From Octopus vulgaris (lineage: Eukaryota), in the NCBI GenBank assembly GCA_951406725.2, contig OX597835.1, forward strand, positions 2,294,001-2,358,000: 64,000 nt of DNA, read 5' to 3'. This document shows, one piece after another, positions 1-13,989 of the stretch; the first letter of the stretch is position 1; the number at the start of each line of letters is the position of its first letter. The notes below the pieces were generated by a model. That model did not search any database, was not told the DNA's origin, and saw only the letters and a list, made by a program, of their open reading frames with translations. The position numbers were made by a program, and so were the translations under genes.

Positions 1-566
1 CCCATTGAGGTCAACAATGTCTTCCATTCTTTCGTGGACTGACCATATCATTGAAACGCCCAACAGTCTGTCGCTCTTGCAGCATTTATCTCTAGCTGGT
101 AGCACCACTAATCACCTTGGATGAGTTTAACGGAATTCCCATTTTTGCAAATACTTGAACTGGATTTACGGTTTGAAGGTGAGTTCCACCCTCCGCCCCT
201 AACTCCCTCCTCTCTGTTTCTGTCTCTCACCCTCTCTTCAGGCTCGGAGGCTTATAAAGGCTCATGGCTATTCCCTTTCTTCCTGATTTACCAATCAGGC
301 AAGCCCCCCCTTTTGGTCTAATTTTTGTATTTACTGCTCTCCGATGCAGATCATTATAAAACTGTTTGTATTCTTCGGTAGATACTGACGTCAATTGAGT
401 GCCAACCAATGAGCCAGGCGGTATCTGGTATTTCATCTTCATCCAAAGATGGCGCTGCAACCACCAGAAACACTTCGGCGGTTCAATCAAGTCAGAATTG
501 CACCAAGACACAAGGTTTGAAATGTTGGGAAAATTACGTTGGCCAGGTTAGTCATGGAAAACCCTG

Positions 567-605
<39 letters not shown>

Positions 606-930
606 CGCGTCAGGCACATTTGAGATTTAGAGTAAGCGCATCCGTTTACTAATACAATACTCACCTACTCCATTGACTTAATCATGTTTCTCTCTTTCAC
701 TTTCATTGAAAACATTGAAAATATTCTGGCCCAGAACAGTGTATTCCAAATGAAACTAAATGAAGCTAATATCATACTTGAAAAAAGATTCAGGCCTTGT
801 TGAGGTCACAAGACAAGTGCATCACAAATCTGGTTCTACGATTCCTTTTCCAAATAAAAACACCAATTTCTGGAAACCCCGAATTTCTCGACCATTATAT
901 TTCATTCATTTGTTGTTTTTTTTTTCACAG

Positions 931-1059
931 GAAGTTATAAAACTGACTGAACTCGACTTAGCAATGACAATTATCCTAATATTAATACAAGATTTCCTGC
1001 GAGGACTTTGGGTGAGGTTCTGCAACAAGTGCTGGTGTTGGAATTTGGAAAAAACTTTC
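931..1059 (+). CDS. TMC1/2/3-like transmembrane channel, internal exon (first visible in window)
   Basis: ttttcacag| ... |gtaagt; EVIKLTELDLAMTIILILIQDFLRGLWVRFCNKCWCWNLEKTF matches the TMC-domain segment DFLR..VRF.N.CWCWDLE. Confidence 0.9.
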
Positions 1060-2034
1060 GTAAGTTTCTTTTTTTATTCCTCACTTTCTTCCTGCTCCCC
1101 CTCTTCCGTGAGGACCTTAGGCATGTACGTACGTTCATTTTTTTTTTATAAGTTTAGTCTGAGAAAAGAATACAACGCCCACCCATACTTGTGTTCGGGT
1201 AAGCGAGCAAGACCTCGGTATCCACAGACCACAGACACCTTGTTTTCTAAAGGCAACAAAAAATGAAGTTGTGACGTTGAACCAGGTGACGAGTGAAGTC
1301 TATTACCTAAGAACTGGAATAGTTCAACCAACGAACCTCTTCACAGTTCCTCTCGATCAAATTTCATAAAACATAGGTCAATCCCGAAGCCATAATAGAA
1401 GGAAAATGCCCAAGTTACTGTACAGTGACTGTATCCGGAGTTGCAAGTAAGTATTTTTTGTGCCCCTTTTCTTCAACATGAAGATTTAAATAAACTTACA
1501 TCAATGCTTGCTCTTCATTTTAGTTTAAAATTTAAAATATTTACGGGGATCATTTTACCAATTAAAATATATCGGATGGGTCACTTTTTTTAAAAGTTGG
1601 CTTCACTAGTGAAAATTTACAGAGGGGTGTTTCCACATCTGTTGCATACTTGTTTATGCCGGAACAAACAACTACGACCGCAGAGGTTGCATGAGGAGAC
1701 AGGCAGTTCGAGGTTGGTTGTCATGTCCTTATTTTCCCTCGTTTTTCTCTTGTCTGCGGGGATGGTCTTGTAGGCGCCTTCAAAGAAGGCTGTTGACTGA
1801 AGGACAGTAAGATGCCAGACTTCACGGTCAAACGCAAGAACTGATCACAGTGGCAGGCGCCAAGAGATTTCTTTAAGGAATCTTTCTTCCCCTTCTTTGA
1901 TGCTCTTCTGTAGCGGTAACCAAAGGCGTCAATGATCCACTCATAGCTGTTTCAACTTATGCTAAATTTATGAAAGCACCAACACACGTTTGCACTCAGA
2001 CTAATTGCAAACATGAACTGCTTTATCTTTCTAG

Positions 2035-2102
2035 CCAGAATACCCAGAATTTAAGACCGCCGAGAACATTCTGCACCTGATTAACAACCAAGGTATGATA
2101 TG
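2035..2102 (+). CDS. TMC-like exon
   Basis: ctttctag|...|gtaagt; PEYPEFKTAENILHLINNQGMIW, the conserved EF.IAENVL.L..NQGMIW motif; absent from the ORF track. Confidence 0.92.
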
Positions 2103-2869
2103 GTAAGTTAAATTAGTCCAACACATTTAATGCAGGAAGTGCTCAAAACCTAAATTTTAGTAATCATGCAGTGAAGAAAATACAAATTCAGGTTTCTTGT
2201 CCAAAAAGAATCGTTCACATCATAAGAATAACACATTAGCAGGTGTAAATAAAATACAAGCGTTTAGAGAATAAATAATTTAAAGGTACAGCGGTATTGG
2301 TTCCGGTTCTTTATCTTCTATGTTCAAATATCACCCGAAGTCAGCTTTAGTTTAATCCCCCCGGTGTTGATGAAATATAGTAACAGTCAAGTGCTGGGGG
2401 TCGGCTGGATCAATTCATTCCTAATGTCTTAAAATTGCTTGCCTTACGTTTATAAAAGAAAACTTTGTTGATGTTGCTGATATTATTTTCATATACACTC
2501 AACAGATTATACTTTTGGAAAAGAAAAGAATCCTAAAATCAGGCTACAGCAAGTAGCCTTAGATGCTGCTATAAATATAAAACCCAATAAACTGGGTTTT
2601 ATATCTATTTCCTCCATCCATCTGTTCAGATCTTTAGGGAAAGCTCCCAATGCACCAAGGACTAGTTGGATATATATATATATACCCTCCAGCTTTCATC
2701 GGTAAAATATTCAACTGTTAATTTCCCATTTTGGAACTGTGATGATCGAAACACCGAATGTTCTTCGTCGACACCGACCGAACACCCACCGTTTACCCAT
2801 CCATTATCGATCTGTTACAGTCTGGTAGTCTCCTTTCGGTAACTTCTTTGTCCATTTCTTTCTTTACAG

Positions 2870-3106
2870 GTTGGGGTGGTTCTTCTCGCCTGGTTTGTGC
2901 TTAATGAACCTTGTGAAACTCATCATTCTGGCTTATATTCGATTTTGGTCAGTTCTTGTCTGCAATGTTCCGGAAAAAAGAATATTCCGAGCATCCCGCT
3001 CCAATAACTTCTACTATGTGCTACTTCTGTTCATGCTGCTTATCTGTTGCATTCCTCCAATGTTGGCCGTTTTCAACAGCCATTCCCAAGACTGTGGGCC
3101 TTTCAG
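2870..3106 (+). CDS. TMC-like exon
   Basis: tttacag|...|gtaaga; LGWFFSPGL...CNVPEKRIFRASRSNNFYYVLLL...DCGPF, diagnostic of the TMC1-3 subfamily. Confidence 0.95.
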
Positions 3107-3164
3107 GTAAGAAAGCCTTCTTTAAGTAGAAACTTTTTCAGAGAATTAAAACTATTTATTCATG

Positions 3165-3357
3165 CTTACATACATACGTACCTTCCTACATACACACATA
3201 CATACATACACACATACATACATACATACATACACACATACATACATACATACATACATACATACATACATACACACATACATACATACATACATACATA
3301 CATACATACATACATACATACATACATACACACACATACATACATACATACATACAT

Positions 3358-3390
<33 letters not shown>

Positions 3391-3478
3391 TACACACATA
3401 CACACATACATACATACACACATACACACATACACACATACACAGACACACAGACACAGACACACACACACACACATT
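3165..3478. repeat. (CATA)n/(CA)n microsatellite
   Basis: direct reading. Confidence 0.95.
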
Positions 3479-4682
3479 CATATATCTATGTATGTGTGTG
3501 CATGCATGTAATACTCTTTTACTTGTTTCAGTCATTTGACTGCGGCCATGCTGGAGCACTGCCTTTAGTCAAACAAATCGACTCCAGGACTTATTCTTTG
3601 TAAGCCTAGTACTTATTCCATCGATCTCTTTTGCCGAACCGCTAGGTTACGGAGACGTAAACACACCAACAGGATGACAAGCACAAACACACAAATACAT
3701 ACATACATACATACATACATATGTATATATATATACGACAGGCTTCTTTCAGTTTCCGTCTACCAAATCCACTCATAAGCCTTTGGTTGGCCCGAAGCTA
3801 TAGGAGAAGGCACTTGCCCAAGGTGCCACGCAGTGGGACTGAACCCGGAACCATATGGAAGAGAAGCAAGCTTCTTACCACACAGCCACTCCTGTACCTA
3901 TTATTGTACATTTTAAATGCATTTTAATCAGTAATCTAAGACATGAGTCACTGAAAGAACGAGGTGGAGGCTATTAATGTGACTGAACCGGATTTTGCAC
4001 CTATGACGTCATCGAAGGTAATTGTACAGTTTAGGGATAGTAAAATAAAAAAGTAAATAAAATTAAGTGGGGGGGGGGGGTAGTAACTAGTAAAGGGACA
4101 TAAATAAGTCAAATTAGTGTTAAACAACAAATACTGTAGTAATGTAACACGGCGATTTACAATTTTCGCACGAGTATAAATTCATAATTAGTAGGCGCCA
4201 TGCCAACCACTGAAGAATCTTAATATTGTGATTAAGCTAATTAAGTGATATTCCAAGATTGATTCCCGGTTGAGGATTTCAATTTCAGGAACAAGGAACT
4301 GCGGTCCCGCTGGTCTTCCACGTGCCATTCTGATCAATTCCAAAGTAAATAATATCCAGTATCTACGTTAATTACCGAGGAAAACTGTCCGAGGTACAAA
4401 TTAGCAGACGCGACTCTAAACCACTAACGTTGCAAGGGAGATAACTCTACGGAGAGGTTTTTTTTCTTTAAAAAAATCTCCCTTTGGTATTTTGACAGCG
4501 GTTTGTTTGCTTTTGTGGTATGTTTGCAGTCGAGAAATTGGTCCACAGTCACCAAAAGGAAGCATTCGGCAAAGAAAAAATTAATATATATATAATGAAA
4601 TTATTGAATACAATGCTCAGGTGCACCACAACTTGTTAAATTCTAAGATGCAAGACGAAGCTGACATTGACCATCAAAGTAT

Positions 4683-4956
<274 letters not shown>

Positions 4957-4957
<1 letters not shown>

Positions 4958-6258
4958 CTGTCCCAGTTATAAGTTACAGCTACAATATCCTTAACTGGAC
5001 ACGAAATGAACTGACCAAAATAGATAGGAAAACAAGAAAAATAATGACAGGATCTAGGATGCATCACCCAAAATCTGACATAGAAAGACTATATATACAA
5101 CGTATGGAAGGTGGTAGAGGCCTTATACAGCTGGAAAACTACTATAAAATAACCACCATAGGACTGCAAAAATATCTACTTCAGAAGGAAGGAAAACTGA
5201 TCCAGATAGCGGCAAAACACGAGCAAAACAAAAAACTGTTCTCAGTATTTAAGGAAGCTGACAAATACAAACAAGAAATCATACCACCTAATAAACATGA
5301 AGAAGAAGAAGAAGATGAAGAAACAACAAAAGCTATAAAACAAATGAAATCCAAACTAAAAACAGAACAGCAACGAACCATGATAAAACGATGGCAAGAA
5401 AAGCCCCTTCATGGTAAATACTGCACTAAACTAAACGCAAAAGAAATAGACAAAGAAAAATCCCAGCAATGGTTGAGAAGCTCAGGACTCAAAGCAGAGA
5501 CAGAGGGATTTTTAATTGCAGCACAAGACCAAAGCCTCCCCACCAGAAATTACCAAAAACATGTAATGAAAAGAAATATTACAAGTAACTGCAGAATATG
5601 TGGAGATGGACAAGAAACAATAAATCATATTATCTCTAGCTGCCCAGTCCTGGCTAAGAAGGAATATATTCACAGACATGACAGAGTTGGAACCTACATA
5701 CATTGGAAGCTATGCCAACATTATGGAATAACAACAGAAAAAAGATGGTATAGGCACACACCAGAAAAGGTCACAGAAAACGAGAAAGCAACCATACTCT
5801 GGGATATGCCGATACACACAGATAGAGAAATTAAGGCCAACAGACCAGATATAGTTGTCAGAGATCATGAAGAAAAAAATGCTTTTTAATTGATGTATCA
5901 ATACCGGCAGATGACAACGTGTCTCTAAAAGAAATGGAGAAACTCTCAAAATACAAAGACCTGGAAATAGAGGTAACTAGAATGTGGAATCTGAAAACAG
6001 AAACAATTCCTATCATAGTAGGTGCATTAGGCATGATAAAAAAATATTCAGACAAATACATAACAAAAACACCAGGACTTACAAACACATATAACATACA
6101 GAAAATTGCACTACTAGGCACTGCCCACATCCTACGCAGAACACTTTCCATACAATAACCATCAGAGCATCACAACAAATCACAGCACATACCCAAGGCA
6201 CACAGAGCTGCGCTCGGTAGTGAAGTGAAAGCACGCTATAAAAATAAAAATAAAACTA

Positions 6259-6262
<4 letters not shown>
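4957..6262 (+). mobile_element. 5'-truncated R4/Dong-clade non-LTR retrotransposon (RLE endonuclease)
   Basis: CRIC..ETINHIISSC zinc knuckle, RHD, NRPDIVV...IDVSIP...KEMEKLSKY restriction-like endonuclease; one frameshift in the A-run at 5873-5879; (AAT)n on both sides. Confidence 0.88.
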
Positions 6263-6335
<73 letters not shown>

Positions 6336-6352
6336 TGATGATGATAATAATG

Positions 6353-6421
<69 letters not shown>

Positions 6422-6487
6422 TTAAAATAATAATAATAATGATAATAATAATAATAATAATATTAATAATAATAATAATAATATTAA

Positions 6488-6528
<41 letters not shown>

Positions 6529-6633
6529 TAATAATAATAATAATAATAAATAATAATAATAATAATATTAAAATAATAATAATAATGATAATAATAATAA
6601 TAATAATATTAATAATAATAATAATAATATTAA

Positions 6634-6715
<82 letters not shown>

Positions 6716-6719
6716 TTAA

Positions 6720-6752
<33 letters not shown>
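6263..6752. repeat. (AAT)n microsatellite, right flank
   Basis: direct reading. Confidence 0.95.
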
Positions 6753-6753
<1 letters not shown>

Positions 6754-7000
6754 CATTGTGTACAGTGCTCAGGTGCACCACAACTCATCTAAAGTGTATG
6801 TATAGCACATAGGGGTAATGTGCAAGCGTCAGGAAAAGAAGAGTGCATGAGTCATGACATAGACATATGTGTATGAGTATGGAAGGGGGACAATCAGGTG
6901 TAGTTTCGGCGGATTTCGGAAAGCATGAGGGCCTTAAAGGATGCAGTGTCATGGCAGTCGACAACTGACGCAGGCAGTTTGTTCCATGCTTCGGCAACAG
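6753..7000 (-). mobile_element. CR1-like LINE 3' end
   Basis: minus strand reads VAEAWNKLPASVVDCHDTASFKAL (WN.LP..VV CR1 C-terminal motif), then a 3' UTR running into the microsatellite; a short copy of the same end lies at about 4600-4635. Confidence 0.65.
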
Positions 7001-7639
7001 CAATTTAGGTCCTCCAAATTATTAATATTTAGGGAACACACTTCATGTATTTATTGTATCGTTTTGAAAGCGCAGAGAGAAGATTTTTGGAGAAAAATAA
7101 GGAAACGCAAAATAGGAGTAAAACTAGGTTGCAAGCTTCTTTCTACTGTGATAACTTTGGCAAAGTTACCTTTCTGAAGAAATATAATGTCAATAATAAT
7201 TGTTTCTAATGCCAGTACAAAGCCGAAGAGGTCCTGTTTAATTCGTTTCAACCACTCGGAGTTTTTCGAATCAGATTAATGTGCTGGCGTATCTGAAGGC
7301 AACACGGACGTGGTTTCAATACAAAAAGAAAGATAACAAGGGTAAGGTCATTGGTGGGAGAGATTGGGAATTTGGAGGAGGAGGAGGAGGAGGAGGCAGA
7401 AGTGGGGGGAAGGGGAGGAAGAGGAGAAGGAAGCGGGAAAGGGGAGGAAGAAGAAGAGGGGGATGAAGAGGAGGAGGTGATGAAGGTGAGGAGGATGAAC
7501 GGGAGGAGGATGAAGTGGGAGATGAGGATGAAGGGGAGGAGGATGAAGAGGAGAAGGATGAAGTGGAGAATGAGGATGAGGATGAAGCGGAGGAAGATAA
7601 AGAGGAGGAGGAGGAAATATAGTAACTGAACAACACTGC

Positions 7640-8820
7640 CATTCCTAGTCGACTAAGTGATGTAAAAATCTCAAAGTCATCGAAAATGGTAGCGAAGGCC
7701 CATGTGCCCATGATCCTGGTCTCACTGACTGCTCTTACATTCAGACTTAGCCATCTGAGGTCGCTGCACAAGCAACCTTGCTTCCACGACGACCCCAGAC
7801 CACAATAAGAACCACCATGCTGGCCAGGAAGTAAGGAAAGGAAGTGTCCCTTATCCTCCTGGACAAGTGGTTCTCCCACCCTGTCTGTTTTGTTGGGTTC
7901 CACTGGGGACCCCCTTAACAAATGGCTGTTACACTGGGAGATCCAATGTGATACAGGTACTTCTGCTTAGTGCTCGTCTAAGTCTCCAATGTCATTGGCA
8001 CCATCATCAGGCTCTCCGGTACTCTAAAAGTGTTGGGGTTGCAGATCACCTTCACTGTTCCAACGTTCTCGTTTTGTGCTGTGAGGGCCATCAGCTTTTC
8101 ATTGGCCCTCCTCACTAGCACGAAGTTCTGCTGCCGTTTGGATGGTTGTTGTTGCTGTACTGATATTTTTCTTATTAAGGTTTGTTGTGGATGTTTCTGG
8201 TGTTGGTGTTGTCATCAATGAGCCTGTGATTGCCAATTCCTGGATTTCTCACTTTTTTCTCTTTCTTGGGCTTCCCCTTCATCATCACTCGGATGCATGG
8301 AGGAGTAGTGTTGTTGTATGTTTTCTTCTCATGTTGTTTGTTCTGGTTCTCTTGTAGTAGTAGTAGTAGTAGTTCCTGCTACTATAGCTTCTGCTGCTAC
8401 TCCCACTGCCACCTTTATTGTAACATCTGCCTGTTTTGTCTTCTTCTTCTTCATCCTCTTCTTCTTGCCTCATGGCTAGTGGTGCTTTCGGCTGGACATT
8501 TCTTTCTGCTCTTCTGCTCTGGTTCTGTGGGCAGTGAAACCGTAAGTGGCCTGTTGAACCAAAATCGTAGCACCTCGGCCTTCTACCTTCCATGTTCACT
8601 CTTAGTTCTACTCCATTTGAGAGAGAAATCAGGTCTACGGCATTCTCTGACTGCTCTGGCTTCACACAGAGAAGAACCTCCAAGGTAGTCCCAACCCAAT
8701 TCTCCCTCCGTGATCTTTTAGCATCCAGGAGATTATGCCCACTGTCCATACAAATATACGTGAGAGTCCACCATAAATCCAAGCCTGGTGAATTTATACT
8801 GCCCTTTTTCTCATGTACAT
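7640..8820 (-). mobile_element. degenerate Tx1/L1-like LINE: ORF1 zinc knuckle plus start of APE endonuclease
   Basis: EGRRPRCYDFGSTGHLRFHCP (decayed CCHC), followed downstream by GLGSSWKQ...DLR.LSLNVRAVSETR (APE N-terminus). Confidence 0.6.
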
Positions 8821-9060
8821 ATATATATGTAGCCACTACACACATTTTTTTTTCTCTCCTTGTTTCTTTCTGTGGAAGAGCATAGGCTCAAAACATAAAA
8901 GACTTTTTCAATTCCTGAGCATTATACTAATACATCTGTTTCTTTTGTACACCACCTGTCTTTGTCCTTAGTTTTTTTTGTGAATTCTCCCTATATATAT
9001 ATATATATATAGAAGAGTGTATTTTGCTAAAATGTCTTATTGACGAGTTTCGTTTTTTTC

Positions 9061-9146
9061 ACTTTCCTGAGGAGAAGATTGCATTGTTTATACCATTTAT
9101 TCTTTTGAATAGTATCAGTGGAATTTTCGAAACATGTGTCGAAAGT
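9061..9146 (+). ncRNA. minimal type I hammerhead ribozyme motif
   Basis: ACTTTC-CTGAGGA-GAAGATT..AATTTTC-GAAAC-ATGT-GTC-GAAAGT: stem I, core, stem II and GUC site all intact. Confidence 0.75.
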
Positions 9147-9185
9147 AAAAATATTTTATTACACCTGCGTTAACTCCATTTTTTA

Positions 9186-9247
<62 letters not shown>

Positions 9248-9496
9248 GCGTTAGGAAGGGCATCCAGCTGTAGAAACACTGCCAGATCAGACTGGAGCCT
9301 GGTGCAGCCTTCTGGCTTCCCAGATCCCCGGTCAAACGTCCAACTCATGCTAGCATGGAGAACAGACGTTAAACGATGATGATGATGATATATATACAGA
9401 GAGAGAGAAGGGAAGAAAGACAGAGACAGACAACTTCTAAATCAATCTCTATGGAATCCTAATCTTGTATACCGTTTATCTGTTTGACGAATTTAG

Positions 9497-9607
9497 GGGC
9501 CAGGAAGATGTAATGGATGTCCTTGAGAATCAATCAGCTGTCTTTGCAATCATCATGAATTATGCCAAAAACCCAGCAACATCCTTCATCTTACTCGGTG
9601 TTCTCAG
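9497..9607 (+). CDS. TMC-like exon
   Basis: atttag|...|gtattt, phase 2-2; GQEDVMDVLENQSAVFAIIMNYAKNPATSFILLGVL (Y..NP preceding the last TM helix). Confidence 0.85.
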
Positions 9608-10119
9608 GTATTTTCTCTTCCAACTCTCACAAACTGGTTTTTCTTATTTGTTTTATTACTTCATCGTTTTTATTATTTTTAATCATATTTTCCTTGAACA
9701 GCCAACATGCCAACATTGACTGAGTAGACCCATAACCAAAGACACCCCAACCATGCCTATCCTGACTTATTTTATATAGCTCTATATGTCAGTGTGTTGA
9801 GTTATGTCTCTTTATATTTAAAAAAATGGTTTAACTTAGACATTCAATAAAAGGAGATTGATAAAATAAGTAGCAGACAGAAATAAATACTGTAGACAAC
9901 ATGATCAACTAAAAACCTTTGGTGCCCCAGGAGGGTTATGATCCAATGACACAGTTAAAACAAAGAAAATAACAGTGTGTTCTTTTGAAATTGATAGGGT
10001 ATAAGTTGAAGAAATTTGGCTGCCATTTCTAGTCAATCAAACAACCCCACATAATATAACAAATGTTATATTAATTAATTAATTTTTTTTTTATTTCTTT
10101 CTGTTTTGATTCTCTTCAG

Positions 10120-10198
10120 TATGGTGATTTACTATCTCTGGTCTATTTCCCGGTCACTCAAAGAAAACAATGCTGAACTGAAGAACACACTTGACTAT
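10120..10198 (+). CDS. TMC-like exon
   Basis: ctcttcag|...|gtaagt; MVIYYLWSISRSLKENNAELKNTLDY (IYYL..N..LK motif after the last TM). Confidence 0.88.
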
Positions 10199-10675
10199 GT
10201 AAGTAATTAAAAGCAATTAAAATATTGTTGCTGTTGTCATTGTCGGTGATAAAGGTGGTGATGGTTGTGGTGGTGGTGGTGGTGGTGGCAGCGATGGTGG
10301 TAGCACCAAACATCTAATTAACAGAGAATATTTTTCTTATTCATGTGAAACTTATACAATAGGCGTAGGAGTGGCTGTGTGGTAAGTAACTTGCTTACGA
10401 ACCACATGGTTCCGGGTTCAGTCCCACTGCGTGGCACCTCGTGCAAGTGTCTTCTGCTATAGCCTCGGGCAGACCAAAGCCTTGTGAGTGGATTTGGTAG
10501 ACGGAAACTGAAAGAAGCCTGTTGTATATATGTATATATATATATATATATATATAAGTATGTATGAGTGTTTGTGTGTGTATGTGTTTGTGTGTCTGTC
10601 TTTGTCCCCCCACCACCACCAACATCACTTACTGGTTTTTGCTCAGTTATTTATTATTTGTTTATTCTTTTTCAG

Positions 10676-10718
10676 GAACGAACGGAAGGAAAAAAGAAGG
10701 TTTATGCCATGGCAGATG
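10676..10718 (+). CDS. TMC-like short exon
   Basis: tttttcag|...|gtaatt; ERTEGKKKVYAMAD, which resembles the ER.E.KKK segment of TMC tails; phase compatible. Confidence 0.8.
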
Positions 10719-11641
10719 GTAATTTCTGAAGAATTTTATTTCTTTTTATCTATGTGCATGCATGTATCTGTAACAACGTGTGTGTGTGTGTGTGTGTGTG
10801 TTTACATATTATATGTATGTAAGTGTGTCATTATTCAGTTTTATTTCCAGATTTCTTGCAAACAAAGAGCTGGTTTCTAACTCAGATCCAAGGCCTCTTC
10901 ATTGGAATTTCAACAACATTATCAGAGTACTCTGCTGTACTCTTTCGCCACAACTTTCTCTCACTCTTTCTGTTGGCCTGCTCCCTTCAGCCAGCGGGGT
11001 GGCGTCGTTTGAAGGCTAAAACAATGCAAAGCGCATTGTGACCAGCGATGTGTAGTAACATCAGATAGCCTGGTCGGTCACGGTGATGATGATGATGATG
11101 ATCATCATCATCGTTTAACATCCGTTCTCCATGCTAGCATGGGTTGGACAGTTCGACCGGGGATCTGGGAAGCCAGAAGGCTGCACCAGGCTCCGGTCTG
11201 ATCTGGCAGAGTTTCTACAGCTGGATGCCCTTCCTAACGTCAACCACTCCGAGAGTGTAGTGGGTGCTTTTTACGTGCTACCTGCACTGGTGCCAGGCGA
11301 GGCTGCATCGGCCACGGTCGGATTGGTGTATATATATATATTTAGAGAGAGAAAGAGAGAGAGATGCAAGTTCAAAGTAGCTGAAAGTTCTTCTGTTGTG
11401 GACTGTTTTAGTTCTAAGAGTGATCTTCATTTGACAATATAATTTTTCCTTCCCTTTTTTTTTCAACTCTCAGGGAAGTAGCAAGGTTTGCAACTTAAAA
11501 CTCAACACCTCTCACAACGAACGGCCTATCTTAAATTGTTGTGCTTCACTGAGTTTTGCCCACTTAAGTAAGTATTCAAAAGTGAACTCAGATTCCAGGC
11601 TTTGCTATAAATAAATATGCATGTTAATGTCTTTAATGCAG

Positions 11642-11767
11642 CCAGGAGAGCTCAAACAGGTGAATCGTCCAACTTAACTGAAGGCTCTGGCAGAGAAACG
11701 ACCCCTGGTAAAGAGATAACAGTTGATAGAGGCACGTCGGAAGCAACTCCTCACGAGAAATGTGACA
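11642..11767 (+). CDS. TMC-like C-terminal tail exon
   Basis: ttaatgcag|...|gtaagt, 126 nt, phase 1-1, open: RRAQTGESSNLTEGSGRETTPGKEITVDRGTSEATPHEKCD. Confidence 0.65.
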
Positions 11768-12017
11768 GTAAGTAGACTTAATATTGGCATCTTATTTTGG
11801 TGCAAGGCCAGTAATTTCAGGGGAAGGACTAAGTCAATTTAATTGACCCCAGGGCTCAAATGATACTTATTTTATTGACCCCCCCACAAAAAAAAAAAAA
11901 AATGAAAGGCAAAGTCAATCCCGGTGGGATTTGAACTCAAAACCTAAAGGCAGATGAAATGTGCTGAGCATTTTGCCTGGTGTGCTGATGACTCTGCCAG
12001 CTTACCATCATAAGTAG

Positions 12018-12385
12018 GCGATTAGATGGAACCTACACTCGCCTCCTTATGAGAGCTCAAAATCTCTCGTGGAAGCGCCATCCAACCAAAATGCAAATAT
12101 ATGGGAAACTACCACCTGTGTCATCTCTTGTGAAAGGTTGGAGAGTCCAGTTTGCTGGACATTGTTGTAGAGCTGAAAACGAGGCAATTTCTACTCTCCT
12201 CCTCTGGAAGCCACCTACTCGCAATACCAGAGGGCGCACACTCTCCTACCCTGATGTAATCTCCAGGGATACAGGCATCCAGCAACAGGACCTCCGTAAT
12301 GCTATGATGGACCGTGAAGTCTGGTGTAGCATAGTAAATTCCATTGTCTCGACCACGGTTGAACAATGATGAATGAATGATGATG
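12018..12385 (+). mobile_element. RTE-like LINE 3' fragment with 8-bp target-site duplication
   Basis: RVQFAGHC.R...LLLWKP...RGR...MMDREVW; (TGA)n tail; ATAAGTAG at 12010-12017 and 12386-12393. Confidence 0.75.
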
Positions 12386-13539
12386 ATAAGTAGATTTAAG
12401 GATATTGATATAAAGGAGTGTGTTTGTCTAAATCTGAGAACAGATGGTTTTCTTGCATATAAATAAATGGTGTATTGTCAATGTGTTAGAGAAATGTGGG
12501 GTCATGCCTGATTGTGGTTATGAAAATTGCATGTGATTCTAGTGTCTGTCCCACTGCATAATTTGTCAAACCATAATGGGTTGGATGGTTTGACAAGTAG
12601 GGGCTAGGCAAGGAGCCATATCAGGTTCCTTTGTTTGTTTTGACAGGGTATCTACAGCTGGATGCTCTTCCTAACACCAGCCACTTTACAGAGTGTACTG
12701 GGTGCTTTTTACGTGGCACCAGCACCAGTTCCTTTAATACGGCACCAGTGCTTTTTATGTGGCACCAATGTTTTTTTATGTGGCACCATCACCGACAGGG
12801 TCACCAAGTATCTTACAAGACAAAAGAAAAGACAAAAAAAAAGGGCAAAACTCCCTCAACTGGGAGTGGGGTGTAGTTTGGAGGTTGGGGTGGCTTTGTG
12901 CCAGTTAAGAGATTAAAGATATAGGGGGAGAGAGATAGGTGTCTTGATGTAGAGTAGATACATGCATACTCCGGTTGGAAAGGAATGGAAAGGGAGTTGG
13001 AGAGTAAGGTAAAGGGAACAAAGGGGAGAGAGATGGTGGCAAAGGTGTTTCAAGAGATGCCCTTAAGGGACATTAGGGGTGGCGAAGGAAAGTGGAGACT
13101 GTAGTAAATGATGGAGAGAAACTTAGATGTGTGTGGGGGTTGTGGTTGTGGCAGGTATGTGGGAGAATCGAAGGTGATAGCAGGTAAGTGAGGTGCTAAT
13201 GATGGGGAATAGCACAGGGGAGAAAAGGCACAGAAAGGAGGTGATTGGTGGGGGAAGATAATGGGGAAATGGAAGTTGTTTGGGGTGGGAAAGAGAGGTA
13301 ACTGAGAAAGATGTAGTATGTGCCTATTCTGCTCTCAGGTGATAGAGAAGTGATGGGTGTCAGGGGATGAAATATGGAGGGTGGAAAGAATGATGAGGAA
13401 GGACCCCTCACAGACAAGCATTATGAAGGTGGTTTAAATTACCAATTTTGCTGTGGAGGGCAGATCTTCTTCAGCGCAACAAGACACAAAGATATCTCAG
13501 TTCTTTGTTATCTCCTTTGTAAGGCTCAGCATCTTGGAA

Positions 13540-13740
13540 TCAACTTTCAATTTTTAGTACCATATCTTCCTGGGTCTCCTTCCACAAGTTCCACCAATTT
13601 TAAGTGATTGGCGTTTCTTTATGCAACTGGTTGCATCCATATGCATCACATGACCAAACCTGCACAGTCTTTTCTCTTGCACGTTATGCCTTTTTTCACC
13701 ATATTTTAGCACTCTGTTGCACATGGACACTAACATTGCA
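13540..13740 (-). mobile_element. RTE-like LINE 3' relic
   Basis: RLCRFGHVMHMD...CIKK...GRRPRKIW. Confidence 0.55.
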
Positions 13741-13875
13741 CCCTCTTTCTGTCAGAAATACAATGAGCTGATGGTTGACACCCATTGTAAAACCTGTCAA
13801 CAACAATTTCATTTAACACAAACTAAATAAATATCAGCAACACTTTTAACCATGGATTTTCTTCTCAATATCCAG

Positions 13876-13965
13876 GTGATGCAACACAACAGACTAAAAT
13901 AATGAAAACTTCAAAAAATATTTTGGTTTCTGGAAATGTGGAACGGAAACAAGCGTTTACACCAG
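13876..13965 (+). CDS. TMC-like C-terminal tail exon
   Basis: aatatccag|...|gtgaga, 90 nt, phase 1-1, open: DATQQTKIMKTSKNILVSGNVERKQAFTP. Confidence 0.6.
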
Positions 13966-13989
13966 GTGAGATAAATAAATAGACCTTAA

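Noticed and set aside
1-540. ORF 227..511 as a TMC exon or separate gene
   Set aside because: No TMC motif (the expected CWET segment is absent) and no convincing splice context; likely a decayed repeat
2683-2755. CCGATGAAAG (minus) and GATGATCGAAAC (plus) hammerhead-like words
   Set aside because: No complete core with pairable stems could be assembled
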